From the NCBI GenBank assembly GCA_037924335.1, contig JAXSMZ010000002.1:91255-155254 (forward strand): DNA of 64,000 nt, written 5' to 3'. Of this stretch, positions 47,598 to 58,462 are shown piece after piece. Source of the stretch: Aquificaceae bacterium. Lineage in GTDB: Bacteria > Aquificota > Aquificia > Aquificales > Aquificaceae. The first letter of the stretch is position 1, and each line of letters opens with the position of its first letter. A program made the position numbers and the translations under genes. Below the pieces are notes generated by a model. That model was given only the letters and a program-made list of their open reading frames with translations, ran no database searches and was not told the origin of the DNA.

Positions 47598-48932
47598 ATG
47601 CTCAAGAAAGTTCTAGTAGCTAACAGAGGAGAGATAGCCGTAAGGGTCATAAGAGCTTGCAAGGAGCTTGGAATATCAGCAGTGGCCATCTATTCAGAGG
47701 CGGATAAGGATTCCATTCATGTAAAACTTGCAGACAGGAGCTTATGCATAGGTCCACCAGAGGCATCAAGGAGCTACTTGGATATACCGAAAATAATGTC
47801 AGCTATAGAGGTCTCTGATGCAGATGGCGTTCACCCTGGATACGGTTTCTTAGCGGAGAACCCTAAATTTGCCGAGATAGTAATGGCAAGCAGAAAAACT
47901 TTTATAGGGCCAAGTCCAGAAACTCTCGCTCTCATTGGCGATAAGATAAAGGCTAAGGAAATAGCCAAGAAGGTTGGTATACCCTTAGTGCCGGGAAGCA
48001 ATGGACCAGTGGACCTACATAAAGCGATTGAAATAGCCAGCACGGTTGGCTATCCTTTGGTCATAAAAGCTTCAGCCGGAGGAGGTGGTAGGGGTATAAG
48101 GGTTGTGTACGACGAGAGAGAGCTTAGAGAAAAGCTCCCCTTGGCCATGCAAGAAGCAAAAGCTGCCTTTGGTGATGATAAGGTTTATATAGAGAAGTAC
48201 ATAATAAACCCAAAGCACGTTGAAGTACAAGTGCTTGCCGACAAGTACGGTAATATCCTTGCCCTTGGGGAAAGAGAGTGCTCCATTCAGAGGAGAAACC
48301 AAAAGCTCATAGAGGAAGCACCGAGTAGCTCAGTAAGCGATAGCAAGAGAAAAGAGTTAGAGGAAGCTACCGTTGAGTTTTGTAAAGCTATAAGGTATGA
48401 GGGGGCTGGAACTGTCGAATTCCTTATGGACCAGGATGAAAGGTTCTATTTTATGGAGATGAACGGAAGGATACAGGTTGAGCATCCAGTCACCGAAGTG
48501 ATAACTGGCATGGACTTGGTACAATGGCAGATAAGGATAGCCAACGGCGAGAAGTTAAGCATAGATAGGGTAAGAAGACGAGGCTATGCCATTGAGTTTA
48601 GAATAAACGCCGAAGACCCAAATACCTTCATGCCTTCCCCTGGGAAGATAGAAGAACTATATATACCTGGTGGTTTTGGCATTAGAGTGGATACGCACAT
48701 ATACTGCGGATACTTGGTACCACCTTACTACGATTCCCTTCTTGCAAAGCTGATAGTATGGGCAGAAGACAGAGAATCCTGTATAAAAAAGGCAAAGAGG
48801 GTCCTTGAGGAGTTTATCATATCTGGACATGGCTTGAAGACAAACATAGAGTTTCACAAAAGGGTTCTGTCCACAAGAGAGTTTTTAGAAGGAAGGCATC
48901 ACACCAAATTCATAGAGGAGATGATGGTGTAA
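47598..48932 (+). CDS. accC: Biotin carboxylase subunit
   Basis: [58 protein letters not shown]; the partner carboxylase cannot be determined here. Confidence 0.85.
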   Translation: MLKKVLVANRGEIAVRVIRACKELGISAVAIYSEADKDSIHVKLADRSLCIGPPEASRSYLDIPKIMSAIEVSDADGVHPGYGFLAENPKFAEIVMASRKTFIGPSPETLALIGDKIKAKEIAKKVGIPLVPGSNGPVDLHKAIEIASTVGYPLVIKASAGGGGRGIRVVYDERELREKLPLAMQEAKAAFGDDKVYIEKYIINPKHVEVQVLADKYGNILALGERECSIQRRNQKLIEEAPSSSVSDSKRKELEEATVEFCKAIRYEGAGTVEFLMDQDERFYFMEMNGRIQVEHPVTEVITGMDLVQWQIRIANGEKLSIDRVRRRGYAIEFRINAEDPNTFMPSPGKIEELYIPGGFGIRVDTHIYCGYLVPPYYDSLLAKLIVWAEDRESCIKKAKRVLEEFIISGHGLKTNIEFHKRVLSTREFLEGRHHTKFIEEMMV

Positions 48933-49683
48933 GCCTCACAGGTATACCCCTTGAGTGTAGATAATTTTTAAGCTCGGGTATGCTAATCTCTTTGAAGTGA
49001 AAGAGTGATGCTGCAAGAGCAGCATCCGCACCACCTTCTTTGAAGACCTCATAAAAATGCTCCATGCTTCCAGCCCCGCCAGAGGCTATAACTGGTATGT
49101 TTACACTTTCTGACACATGCTTTGTGAGCTCCACATCGTATCCCCTCTTGGTTCCATCCATATCCATGGATGTGAGAAGTATCTCGCCAGCTCCAAGAGA
49201 TTCTGCCCTTTTTGCCCATTCTACTGCGTCAATACCCGTTGGGGTTCTTCCCCCGTTTATGTAAACCTCCCAGCTGTCTCCTTTTCTCTTTGCATCTATG
49301 GCCACCACTATGCATTGGGAACCAAAGTACTTAGCACCCTCTTCTACCAATTTGGGATTTTTAACAGCCTGTGTGTTTATGGATACCTTATCAGCTCCAG
49401 CAAGAAGAAGTTTTCTCACATCCTCAAGGTTTCTTACACCACCCCCGACTGTGAAAGGCATAAATACATTCTCCGCTACGGACTTGACTACCCATAAGGT
49501 TATCTGTCTATCCTCTGAAGATGCTGTTATGTCAAGAAAGACAAGCTCATCTGCACCTTGCTCTTCGTAAGCCATGGCTACTTCTACAGGGTCCCCAGCA
49601 TCCACCAAATTTTTGAACCTTACTCCTTTTACAACTCTTCCCTTGTCCACATCCAAACAGGGTATTATTCTTTTGGCAAGCAT
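48910..49683 (-). CDS. hisF: Imidazole glycerol phosphate synthase cyclase subunit
   Basis: [44 protein letters not shown]. Confidence 0.97.
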   Translation of the reverse strand: MLAKRIIPCLDVDKGRVVKGVRFKNLVDAGDPVEVAMAYEEQGADELVFLDITASSEDRQITLWVVKSVAENVFMPFTVGGGVRNLEDVRKLLLAGADKVSINTQAVKNPKLVEEGAKYFGSQCIVVAIDAKRKGDSWEVYINGGRTPTGIDAVEWAKRAESLGAGEILLTSMDMDGTKRGYDVELTKHVSESVNIPVIASGGAGSMEHFYEVFKEGGADAALAASLFHFKEISIPELKNYLHSRGIPVRLTPSSPL

Positions 49684-50957
49684 TATCTTCTCCCTAAGCT
49701 TCTGTAAACATCACCTATGTATAATCTATAATAAATAGGTCTTCCGTGTGGACAAACTTCCCTGTTTTCAAAGTTCATCCATGCCCTGATGAGCTCCTGA
49801 GCCTCATACTCAGATATCTCTTTCCCAGCTTTTATGGAGCTCCTGCAGGAAGATTCTGCGTTATGCGTTCTTTCAAAGCTTAACCTCTCTGAAAGCAGGT
49901 GCTGGTCAAAAAAGTACAGATATTCGCCTATTTTTGCAAGGATCAGTGTGTTGTCCAATATTCCAAGGAGCTCAAAGTGTACAGTGTAAGGGGGTGTATT
50001 CTGAGAAAGAAAGAAGGGATAGCTCTCCCTCTTTTTAAACATTCTACCTATGAGCTCCTTTATCTTGCTCTCTTTGTATATCTTAACTTCCCTCTTTTTT
50101 GGGTGTACGTTCGCATCTACCATATAGGGAGGTATGTCTAAAAACAGCACGCATACCTTTTTGTAGCCAACAGCCCTTCTTACATACTCCACAAGGGACC
50201 TGTTTTGGACACACCTTGAGTTCACAAATACGTGAACCTCTCCCCGCACATTCTCCACAGAAGTGTAAACCTCTATGTTTATGTTATCTACGGAGAGATC
50301 CATCCTGTCGAATTTCATTCCAAAAGTTGTCTCTACTCTATCCTTTCTTTCCTCAAAGGGTGGAAGGTCAAGGAGCTTTCTGCCGTTCGATACAAGAATG
50401 AAATGTACCTTGGGTTGAGAAAGGGCATACTCCTTTATAAGCCTACTTATCTTGTTTCTCTCCGTATCCTCTTTTTTTAGAAACTTTAACCTCACAGGAA
50501 GATTGTAGAAAAGGCTGTAAACTTCCACGCATGTGCCCACTTGCATACCAGCATCCCGCTTCCATGCAACTTTCCCCCCCTCAAGCCCCATCTCAACGCC
50601 AAGCTCATCCTGAAAGAACCTTGACCTTATAACCATCCTGCTGACGTTGGATATAGCATGAAGTGCCTCACCCCTAAAGCCAAAACTCTGAATGTTCATA
50701 AGGTCGCTCATACTCCTTATCTTGCTCGTAGCCCACCTTAAAATGACCTTTTCCATATCCTCCCTGTGTATGCCAGTACCGTTATCCTTTACGCATATGT
50801 ATTTTTTCCCACCATGAAGGACCTCAACCTCAACCCTAGAGCTTCCAGCATCAAGAGAGTTCTCTAAGAGCTCCTTTACGCAGTCTGCAGGACTTTCTAT
50901 GACCTCCCCCGCCGATATTTTCTCTATTACTTCTGAAGGAAGCATATGGACATACAT
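49683..50957 (-). CDS. mutL: DNA mismatch repair protein MutL (compact form)
   Basis: [40 protein letters not shown]...ER, CPHGRP. Confidence 0.93.
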   Translation of the reverse strand: MYVHMLPSEVIEKISAGEVIESPADCVKELLENSLDAGSSRVEVEVLHGGKKYICVKDNGTGIHREDMEKVILRWATSKIRSMSDLMNIQSFGFRGEALHAISNVSRMVIRSRFFQDELGVEMGLEGGKVAWKRDAGMQVGTCVEVYSLFYNLPVRLKFLKKEDTERNKISRLIKEYALSQPKVHFILVSNGRKLLDLPPFEERKDRVETTFGMKFDRMDLSVDNINIEVYTSVENVRGEVHVFVNSRCVQNRSLVEYVRRAVGYKKVCVLFLDIPPYMVDANVHPKKREVKIYKESKIKELIGRMFKKRESYPFFLSQNTPPYTVHFELLGILDNTLILAKIGEYLYFFDQHLLSERLSFERTHNAESSCRSSIKAGKEISEYEAQELIRAWMNFENREVCPHGRPIYYRLYIGDVYRSLGRR

Positions 50958-50982
50958 GTGGATATTTTAATTGTAAAGGAAT

Positions 50983-51933
50983 ACGTCGGGTGCAAAATTC
51001 AAATAGCGTAGTATCCTTTTATGAAAAAGCATTAGGAGAGGGGCAGATATAATATCTACCCTAACTCTCTAAAGGGAGGCAAAAAAAATGCAAAGGAAAT
51101 TATACCACAACATACTCTCTCAAATGCAAGCCTTCTATGACGCATATTACACTAAGCCAAAAAGAGGAAGAAAGCCAAAAATTTCCTTGCCTCAAATAGC
51201 CACCCTCTTCCTCATGTCCTACATTACCAACACCCCAGTCTTAACTTTGGCAAGACTACTTATCAGCCCTTCTATTAAGTCCTACCAAATATTTAGAAAA
51301 ACTAAAACTAAGCAAGTTTATAGGTTCCTTAGGGACTTCCTTTCATGGAAAACGACTATGATTATATTGTTAAAAACCCTCTCTGGCAAAAAACTTAGAC
51401 TTGTAGTAGACGGGACAATTCTACCTGTTGCTAATGTGAACAGGGCGAGGACACAGAGGATAAAGCGATTTGCAGGCAGGGTATTCTGGGCAAAGAGAAA
51501 GAGGAATATATACAGTCAGCATTACAAGAGGAGGGTAAAGTGGGAGGAGTTATACTATGGAGTGCTTGTAATGGTTTTATGCGATGAAGATGGTGTGGCG
51601 TATGACATATGGTTCAAACCTGGCAGTTGGCATGAGGTGAGGGCGTATAGGGAGAGGAGTGCAAAAAGTTTATGGTTCAGATATTTAGTGAACAATTATG
51701 AGGTTTACGGAGATAGAGGGTATCGTGGTTTAGAGGGAGTGATAATCTGCAAGAGTAGAGAGGACAAGGGTATAAGGCAGGCGGTGGAAGGCGTGATAGG
51801 AGCTGTAAAGAGTTTTAATTCAGTGAGTAGGTGGCGTAAGGGGATAACCTTGCTTAGCTACCTATATGCCTATGCTATTGGTTATAGTTTCTTCAGGAGG
51901 GCATGCCTATGGTCTTAATTTCGCACCCGACGT
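50983..51933 (+). mobile_element. IS982-like insertion sequence, 951 bp
   Basis: Terminal inverted repeats ACGTCGGGTGC(A/G)AAATT at both ends, enclosing one DDE transposase. Confidence 0.8.
51088..51918 (+). CDS. DDE transposase (IS982-like)
   Basis: RGRKPK, VVDGTILPV, YYG, YGDRGY, RQ.VE; GGGAGG RBS. Confidence 0.82.
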   Translation: MQRKLYHNILSQMQAFYDAYYTKPKRGRKPKISLPQIATLFLMSYITNTPVLTLARLLISPSIKSYQIFRKTKTKQVYRFLRDFLSWKTTMIILLKTLSGKKLRLVVDGTILPVANVNRARTQRIKRFAGRVFWAKRKRNIYSQHYKRRVKWEELYYGVLVMVLCDEDGVAYDIWFKPGSWHEVRAYRERSAKSLWFRYLVNNYEVYGDRGYRGLEGVIICKSREDKGIRQAVEGVIGAVKSFNSVSRWRKGITLLSYLYAYAIGYSFFRRACLWS

Positions 51934-51959
51934 ATAATAAAAAGTATAATAGTTTTTGT

Positions 51960-53015
51960 ATGAAAGCCCTTATAATGACTGCCTTTAACCCAGAAACTTT
52001 TAAGGGAGGAATGGAGAGGCTTACCATACATATGGAGGAGCTTTTGAAAGGGGAGGGTTATCAGGTCAGTATACTTCACAAGGACAAAGTAAAGCCTATT
52101 GGGGATTACTTCCCATACTGGATAGGAAGGTATGCCAGCAACAGCGAGCATTATTATGATATTGCCATCTCCAACGGTCTTTATGGACTTGGATTTTTTC
52201 CAGACAGAAGAAGAGTAGGGAGGTTTGTAGCTTGGTTCAGCATGCTTTACTTAGAGTTTTCTGAAGTTATGAAAATATACGAAGGTTTTGAAGATTATCT
52301 TGGAAATAAGTACTTGAATGGGTTTGTGGGAGAAGTGTTTGTTGCAGAAGCTGCAGACTTTCTGGTGGCTGTTAGTGAAAGCGTAAAGGAAGAAATAAAA
52401 AGGTACATAGGTGTAGATAAAGATATAGAGGTGGTTCATAATCCTGTGGATGATACCTTTAAAGTTATGGAAAAAGCTAAACTTAGGAGCTATTTTAACA
52501 TACCAAAGGATGCTTTTGTAGGGCTCTTTGTCGGTAGGAATGACCGTACAAAGGGTTATGATGTGTTCAAAGAAGTTGTCAGTTACACTTACAAGGATGT
52601 ATTTTGGATACAAGTTATGTCAAGCGGCGGTTTTAACAGCATTCCTATGCTCAAGGATATAACTACCTTTGAAGACGTTCCCTTTGAAAAAATGCCAACC
52701 ATCTATAACTTGGCAGATTTTCTCTTTTTCCCTTCAAGGTACGAAGGTTTTGGTCTCAGCATAGTAGAAGCCTTATCCTGTGGTCTTCCAGTCATAACGG
52801 GTAAAGTAGGGATAGCAAAGGAGTTAGAAGATGTTTTAAATGGTTTGACAATGGAAAGTATCAATACAAAGGAGGCTCTTGAAAAGATCAAAGTTCTAAA
52901 GAAGTACAAGAGTTTAAGAGAATACCATAGGCTGTATGTACCTCAAGAAATCCAAAGGAGGTTTTCCATAGACTCATGGAAAGGGAAAATGAAAAAGGTC
53001 CTGTCTTGGTCATAG
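51960..53015 (+). CDS. Glycosyltransferase family 4
   Basis: GGMER, VAVSE, FVGR....KG, PSRYEGFGL..VEAL.CG.PV; real start MKALIM. Confidence 0.88.
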   Translation: MKALIMTAFNPETFKGGMERLTIHMEELLKGEGYQVSILHKDKVKPIGDYFPYWIGRYASNSEHYYDIAISNGLYGLGFFPDRRRVGRFVAWFSMLYLEFSEVMKIYEGFEDYLGNKYLNGFVGEVFVAEAADFLVAVSESVKEEIKRYIGVDKDIEVVHNPVDDTFKVMEKAKLRSYFNIPKDAFVGLFVGRNDRTKGYDVFKEVVSYTYKDVFWIQVMSSGGFNSIPMLKDITTFEDVPFEKMPTIYNLADFLFFPSRYEGFGLSIVEALSCGLPVITGKVGIAKELEDVLNGLTMESINTKEALEKIKVLKKYKSLREYHRLYVPQEIQRRFSIDSWKGKMKKVLSWS

Positions 53016-53935
53016 CTTCACACCCAGACGATGAGGTTATAGGATGTGGTGGTACTATTTACAAGCATACAACCAATGGTGGAAAAGCCTGGCTATGTGT
53101 TGTTACAGATGGGTCTAAGCTTTATGAAAGCACGGATGTTGGAAGAAGAAAAGAAGAATGTCTTTCTTCAGCTCGGCTCTTAGGCTTTGAAAGGGTTATC
53201 TTTATGGACTTTGAGGATGGAAAGCTCATGGAAAACTTGGAAGTGCTGAAAACAAAGCTCAGTGGTTTGGTGAAAGATTTTGAGAGTGTTTTTATCCCAC
53301 ACCCCTTTGACCATCATCCTGACCATATAGCCCTTTCCCTTTCTGTGCTTTCAATATTCCAAGAAAGACCCCTCTTCAAGCTATACCTGTACGGTGTTTA
53401 TAACACTTTCAGATACAACAAAGCTGTGGATGTGACTGACGTTTACGATGTCAAGAAAAAGGCAATGTTATCCTATCCGTACAGTCTTTTAAACCCAGAG
53501 ATATGGATAAGAAGAACTGAAGGATTTATGAGAAGCCATCAGATACATACAATGGAAGACAAGCTCTATGAGACATTTCTATTTATTGATAAACCCATGA
53601 CCATAAACGAGATACTAAGGTTTCTGTCCTATGACCTTTTATGCACAGACCCACAGGAAGCACTTCTGCAGAAGATAAAGGCTACTCAGAACTTAATGGA
53701 AGAACTGATAAAAATAAGGGATCAAGCGAAAAGACAGAAGGAAGAGTTGGACAGTATTGTAAAGGCATTTGAGGGAGAGGTCGAAGCGCTAAGGAATGAG
53801 CTCAGTACACTCAGAGGTTCTGTCTTCTTTAAGTTATACAGTGTGTACCACAAACTTAGAGTTAAGCTTTTCCCAGAGGGAAGTTTAAGATATTTTATAT
53901 ACAAGAGGTTTGTAAGATTTATAAAGGGTGCTTAA
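52976..53935 (+). CDS. PIG-L/LmbE family deacetylase with C-terminal coiled coil
   Basis: HPDDE.IG.GG, R..E, D.HPDH; coiled coil and basic amphipathic tail. Confidence 0.85.
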   Translation: MERENEKGPVLVIASHPDDEVIGCGGTIYKHTTNGGKAWLCVVTDGSKLYESTDVGRRKEECLSSARLLGFERVIFMDFEDGKLMENLEVLKTKLSGLVKDFESVFIPHPFDHHPDHIALSLSVLSIFQERPLFKLYLYGVYNTFRYNKAVDVTDVYDVKKKAMLSYPYSLLNPEIWIRRTEGFMRSHQIHTMEDKLYETFLFIDKPMTINEILRFLSYDLLCTDPQEALLQKIKATQNLMEELIKIRDQAKRQKEELDSIVKAFEGEVEALRNELSTLRGSVFFKLYSVYHKLRVKLFPEGSLRYFIYKRFVRFIKGA

Positions 53936-54517
53936 CTCTTCTGTTAGTTCTTCTACAAAACTTTTAAGGACGATATGCTCTTTGTCCATACCTACAAAAA
54001 ATCTATCTTTTAAAAGTCTAAGGGCTTTGTGGAATGGTCTGTAAGCATCTGCCATCCTCACAGCTTTTATAAGCTCACTGACTAAACTGACTGAATTCAT
54101 ATTATGGTCTAAAACCTTGTAAGGGCAAAGGACCTCTCCTTTTAGGGGAATATAGGAAATCAAAAACAGAGAAAGGTTTAATGGATCCTCTTCTAGTAGA
54201 AAGTTAAAAAGAGATTCCTCTATGCTTGAGAAGGTGTGTAGACCTATATCTTCCTTGATAAAAAGTATCCCTGAAGGAAGCTTACGAACCTTTTCTAAAT
54301 GGTACTCACTTTTGACCACATAAAATATGGCATCATGGTATTCTATCCAAGACAAAAAAGGTTCTTCATAAGTAAACTCAGCTACTGGAAATCCTAAAGA
54401 GTCGTAGAACCTGTGGGGTGATCCCAGTGGCATCCAAATGCTGATGTCCACGTAGTCTTGTAAAAGCCTAACTAAGGCCTCATCATCATCCTCAAAACAA
54501 ACCCAAGCCACCCTCAT
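53885..54517 (-). CDS. Hypothetical protein in the glycosyltransferase operon
   Basis: ORF starting 1 nt after the upstream GT stop; GT-like MRVAWV N-terminus but no catalytic motif seen. Confidence 0.6.
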   Translation of the reverse strand: MRVAWVCFEDDDEALVRLLQDYVDISIWMPLGSPHRFYDSLGFPVAEFTYEEPFLSWIEYHDAIFYVVKSEYHLEKVRKLPSGILFIKEDIGLHTFSSIEESLFNFLLEEDPLNLSLFLISYIPLKGEVLCPYKVLDHNMNSVSLVSELIKAVRMADAYRPFHKALRLLKDRFFVGMDKEHIVLKSFVEELTEELSTLYKSYKPLVYKIS

Positions 54518-54518
54518 G

Positions 54519-55559
54519 CTAACTCGTTATCCTCTCCACCACATGGTCCCAAGAGAGGTTTAAAGAAAGAACCTTCTCATAAGCTTTTTCTCCCATAAGG
54601 ACTGCAAGGCTTTTGTCTGAGGCAAGTTTATCCATAGCCTCTGCTATACTCTTCGGATCTGGCTTTACAACGAATCCGTTCATTCCATCCTCCACAAACT
54701 CTGTTGGTCCACCAGAGTCAACGCACGTGATAACAGATTTTTTGGAGAACATAGCCTCAAGCGTAACGTACCCGTAATCTTCATCAAGGGGAGGAAAAAG
54801 GACTGCAAGGCATCTGGAGTAAAGGTCTATCTTTTCTTTCTCTCCAACTTCACCTAAGTATATGACCTTATCTTCAACCTCTTTTAGCGTGCTGATGAAT
54901 TCTTTTAGGATCTCGGGGCTGTCTGCGCGGCCGCATATAACAAGCTTTATATCGCTCTTCACATACTTCATTGCATCCAAAGCTAAAAAGTGTCTCTTCA
55001 AAGGGCTGATTCTGCTTGGGAAGAGTAAAAACCTTTCGTAGCTTTTGCAGTGAAGTTTCTCTACGTTTGGAGGTGGATGGTAAAGAACCTCGGCATCCAG
55101 ACCTATATACTTTTTTAACCTTTCGGCGACCGTCTTTGAATTGGCAAAGAGTTTTTTTGTATTTCCAAGATGCTTCCTGTCAAGTTCTAAGATGAAGTTC
55201 CTTATCCCATATCCGCCTGGGTCCCTTGGAAGGTCTATAAAGGGTCTATCCCAAAGCTCGTAGGCACTCTTATGAGGATGGATAAGCCAAACTACTTTGT
55301 TATCATGCTCTATGTAGTAGTTTGGGAACCTCATGGCTATGAGCATATCTATACTTCTTCCACTTATATGCTTCAGGTCAAGCATCCTTCTTAGAAGGAT
55401 ATGCTTCATAAGATTTTCAGGGGGATACGAATTGAAGGGTATTCGGAGAAGTTCCACGTTGTGTCCAGCTCTGAGCAAAGCCTCTTTTAAGTTCTCTGTA
55501 TGATACTCAACACCACCCTTTATAAAGAGTATATGGTTCTCTACTATAACTATGTTCAT
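54519..55559 (-). CDS. Glycosyltransferase family 4
   Basis: GG.E, ANS..VA.R, SRI...KR, EDYGYVTLEAM, GGP.E.V.DG.NG. Confidence 0.88.
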   Translation of the reverse strand: MNIVIVENHILFIKGGVEYHTENLKEALLRAGHNVELLRIPFNSYPPENLMKHILLRRMLDLKHISGRSIDMLIAMRFPNYYIEHDNKVVWLIHPHKSAYELWDRPFIDLPRDPGGYGIRNFILELDRKHLGNTKKLFANSKTVAERLKKYIGLDAEVLYHPPPNVEKLHCKSYERFLLFPSRISPLKRHFLALDAMKYVKSDIKLVICGRADSPEILKEFISTLKEVEDKVIYLGEVGEKEKIDLYSRCLAVLFPPLDEDYGYVTLEAMFSKKSVITCVDSGGPTEFVEDGMNGFVVKPDPKSIAEAMDKLASDKSLAVLMGEKAYEKVLSLNLSWDHVVERITS

Positions 55560-58234
55560 ATTCTCTGCAGAATCCTGTAGATCTTTTTAGCCATCCTCTC
55601 AAGGAGAGGATACTTTCTAAAGAACATCTTGTGCTTCAGTCCAAATGATATAAGATTACCTTTCAATCCCCACATTCTCAATTCTTTATAGCAGAGTATT
55701 AAGTCTAAATGTAGATGGTTTGTTTCAGACTTTGAAAGAAAGTTTTTGGGAAGGTCCTTTTTTATCAGAGCAGGAACCCATCTGTATGACTCAGGGGGGT
55801 CATAAAAAAAGGAAGGCCTAATGCTAGATTCAGTGACGTAAACATCTGTAAAGTTAAAGGATATTACTTGGAACTTATCACCTGTAAGGCCAAGCACCGC
55901 TCTGATAACACGCTCTGTGTCATCAGTTTTTATGTACCCATCCGGCATGAAAAGTTTATAATCAGAGAATACTCTGTAGCTGTACGCTTTATAGTTTGAA
56001 TGAGCCTTTTTAATCGCTTCTCTCATGAGTGGGGTCAAGCTATCGAGGGTTCTGGATGCTTTTTCTACGGAAAATCTTTCTCTCACATACTTTAAACCCA
56101 TTTTAGAAAGCCTCTCTCTTAGAGAGTTGTCATTCATTACCTTAACTACAAGGTCTGCGAACTCTTCAGGTCTTTCGGCAACTAGAATTCCCGAGCTCTC
56201 TAGCTCATCAAAACCTTCTACTCCCTTAGGAGTTGTCACCACTGGAACGCCACATTCAAGGCTGTTGAGTATTTTACCCTTTATACCAGAGCCAGACACC
56301 AAAGGAGCTACCGACAGAGAATGTTTTTTGACCTCTCTGTTTATATCCTTAACCCATCCTACAAAATGAACTTTCCCCCTGTAAAGTTCCAACAGCTCCC
56401 TATCCCTGACAAGGTCCTCAAGCTTTAGCTCATCTGTACGGTCGCCTATCACATAGAACTCTATATTTTTATCTTTTTTCAATATATGATGATAAACCTT
56501 GTTGAGAAAGTATTTTATGGCCAATAGGTTGTTGAAGTTCAGAACTCCTCCTATAAAGCAAAGGCTCTTTCTTCTTTCATTTGCCAGAATTTCCTCTGGA
56601 TAGTGTATATTTGAGATGATAAGGGATCTATCCCTGCTCAAACCCAGTTCTTTTACTGCGAATTCTCGGTCTTCTTCTGAGACAAAAATCGCTATGTCTG
56701 AAAGTTCATAAAGTTCTTTTTCTATGCTGAAGATCGCCTTTAGCTCATCGTCGCTTATATCCTTACCTGCACTTTTTGCGCTGAGCATATGTTTGTACAC
56801 GCTGTCCATGGCATCGAAGACCACCGGTATTCCATAGGCTAACTTGGCCCTTCTTGCCAAGCTTAGGGCCTTTCTTAGCCTGTCCAGATCCCACGCTTCT
56901 GTTATCCACAGAAGGTCAACTTCATCCATAAGTTTCAGGTTTTTGTATATGGGAAGCTTTACCTCAAAGTTTTTATAAGATAGGCTCAGCTCTTCTATCT
57001 CCTTCTCCGTCTTGTTTATAAAAAAGCCGTGAGTGTAAACAATATGGACCCCCTTTTCTAAAAGTATCTTTATTATTTGGTAGTTTCTGTTGCAGGAGGA
57101 TGTTTTGGATGGCATCAAAGGAACTTCAGTGTAGTAGAGTATTTTTAAGTCCTTGTAGGTTAAATTGTTTATCTTGGGTTCGCTTGGATTTACAGAAAGT
57201 ATGTACTCTTCAAGCCTTTTTATCTGCTTCTCCCACAGGAAGTTTTCTCTTATGTGATCTGTACATCTTTCTGACATGGGCTTCAGCTTTTCTTTATCTG
57301 ACAAGGCTTTAAGAATGGTGTCTGCAAGGCTTTGGGCTGACAGATGGTCCACCAGAAAGCCCGTCTCCCCGTTTATAAAGGTCTCTGGTAAACCACCGCT
57401 CCTTGTTCCTATAACAGGGCAGCCACAGGCTTGAGCCTCTAAAGAAGACCTTGGAAGAGATTCCTTATAAAGCTCTGGTACTGTGGGAATGATACAGAGA
57501 GCAGATTCGCTGTATGCTTTTATAATCTCCTCTTTTTTTACCTTTCCATGTAGAAAAATGCCCTCTTTGGATTCTGTTATGCTATCTTTCCTTCCCCATA
57601 GGGAAGAATCTCCGTATATATGAAGTTCAAGGTTTGGAATCTGCCTTTTTACTATCTTAAAGGCTTCCACCAGAATATCTATACCCTTTTCTTTGATGGT
57701 GGCTCCAGCAAACATAATTCTGTTTATCTTCCTTTCAGAGATGGGTCTGTATATATTTGCATCTATACCGTAAGGTAATTTGACAAGCTTTTCTTTTTCT
57801 ATTCCCCATTCCAAGTAAGCTTTCTTTTGAAAATCAGATATACATATAACACCATCAACATACTTGTTTATAAAGTATGTACCCACCTGATGGTCTACAA
57901 AGCTCATATCTTGGGGTATAAGGAAATGTCTTTTGATGTTTTCAAAGCTTAGAAGGGTTTTAATAGAATAAGCTTGAACGGAAAGACACGCCTCAAAATT
58001 GATATCCTTATACCTCTGAAAGACGTCATAAAGGCGATAGTCCTCACCATAATCGATAAAGTGGACACCATCTTTTACCTTATTACCACCAACTATCCAT
58101 CCGAAGACGTAAACTTTCCATCCTGCTTTCTTTAACCCTATGGCCGTTTCTACTGTGACAGTTTCTGCACCACCCAAAACGCCATCAACATCAAGGGGGA
58201 ATAACTTATGCACTACAGCTATGCTACCTCTCAT
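55556..58234 (-). CDS. Multidomain glycosyltransferase (two tandem GT4-like domains)
   Basis: GGAE..EKGID..ESLP...LEAQACG in the first domain; APL.SGSGIKGKIL..L..G.PVVTT in the second. Confidence 0.85.
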   Translation of the reverse strand: MRGSIAVVHKLFPLDVDGVLGGAETVTVETAIGLKKAGWKVYVFGWIVGGNKVKDGVHFIDYGEDYRLYDVFQRYKDINFEACLSVQAYSIKTLLSFENIKRHFLIPQDMSFVDHQVGTYFINKYVDGVICISDFQKKAYLEWGIEKEKLVKLPYGIDANIYRPISERKINRIMFAGATIKEKGIDILVEAFKIVKRQIPNLELHIYGDSSLWGRKDSITESKEGIFLHGKVKKEEIIKAYSESALCIIPTVPELYKESLPRSSLEAQACGCPVIGTRSGGLPETFINGETGFLVDHLSAQSLADTILKALSDKEKLKPMSERCTDHIRENFLWEKQIKRLEEYILSVNPSEPKINNLTYKDLKILYYTEVPLMPSKTSSCNRNYQIIKILLEKGVHIVYTHGFFINKTEKEIEELSLSYKNFEVKLPIYKNLKLMDEVDLLWITEAWDLDRLRKALSLARRAKLAYGIPVVFDAMDSVYKHMLSAKSAGKDISDDELKAIFSIEKELYELSDIAIFVSEEDREFAVKELGLSRDRSLIISNIHYPEEILANERRKSLCFIGGVLNFNNLLAIKYFLNKVYHHILKKDKNIEFYVIGDRTDELKLEDLVRDRELLELYRGKVHFVGWVKDINREVKKHSLSVAPLVSGSGIKGKILNSLECGVPVVTTPKGVEGFDELESSGILVAERPEEFADLVVKVMNDNSLRERLSKMGLKYVRERFSVEKASRTLDSLTPLMREAIKKAHSNYKAYSYRVFSDYKLFMPDGYIKTDDTERVIRAVLGLTGDKFQVISFNFTDVYVTESSIRPSFFYDPPESYRWVPALIKKDLPKNFLSKSETNHLHLDLILCYKELRMWGLKGNLISFGLKHKMFFRKYPLLERMAKKIYRILQRI

Positions 58235-58264
58235 AGGTTAGGTTATATTATATAGGACTTAAGC

Positions 58265-58462
58265 ATGAAAGACACTCGTATAAACAAGTACATAAAATCT
58301 CTCATAAGGAATCACAAGTATATGACTACTGAGGACATAATGCTTCTTCTTCAGTACTACTACAAGCTTCCAGTAAACATACCCTCTGTCTATTACAAAT
58401 ACAAGACAGTTATAAAAGAATGCAGAAAAGCAGTTTACAGAGAAAGGAGGAAAAGGAAATGA
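58265..58462 (+). CDS. Small basic hypothetical protein
   Basis: 65 aa ORF whose stop overlaps the lpdA start (ATGA). Confidence 0.6.
   Translation: MKDTRINKYIKSLIRNHKYMTTEDIMLLLQYYYKLPVNIPSVYYKYKTVIKECRKAVYRERRKRK

Noticed and set aside
49683..50957. Short MutL (424 aa) as a possible truncation
   Set aside because: It retains the ATPase, DQH...ER and CPHGRP motifs; compact MutL is known for Aquificota.
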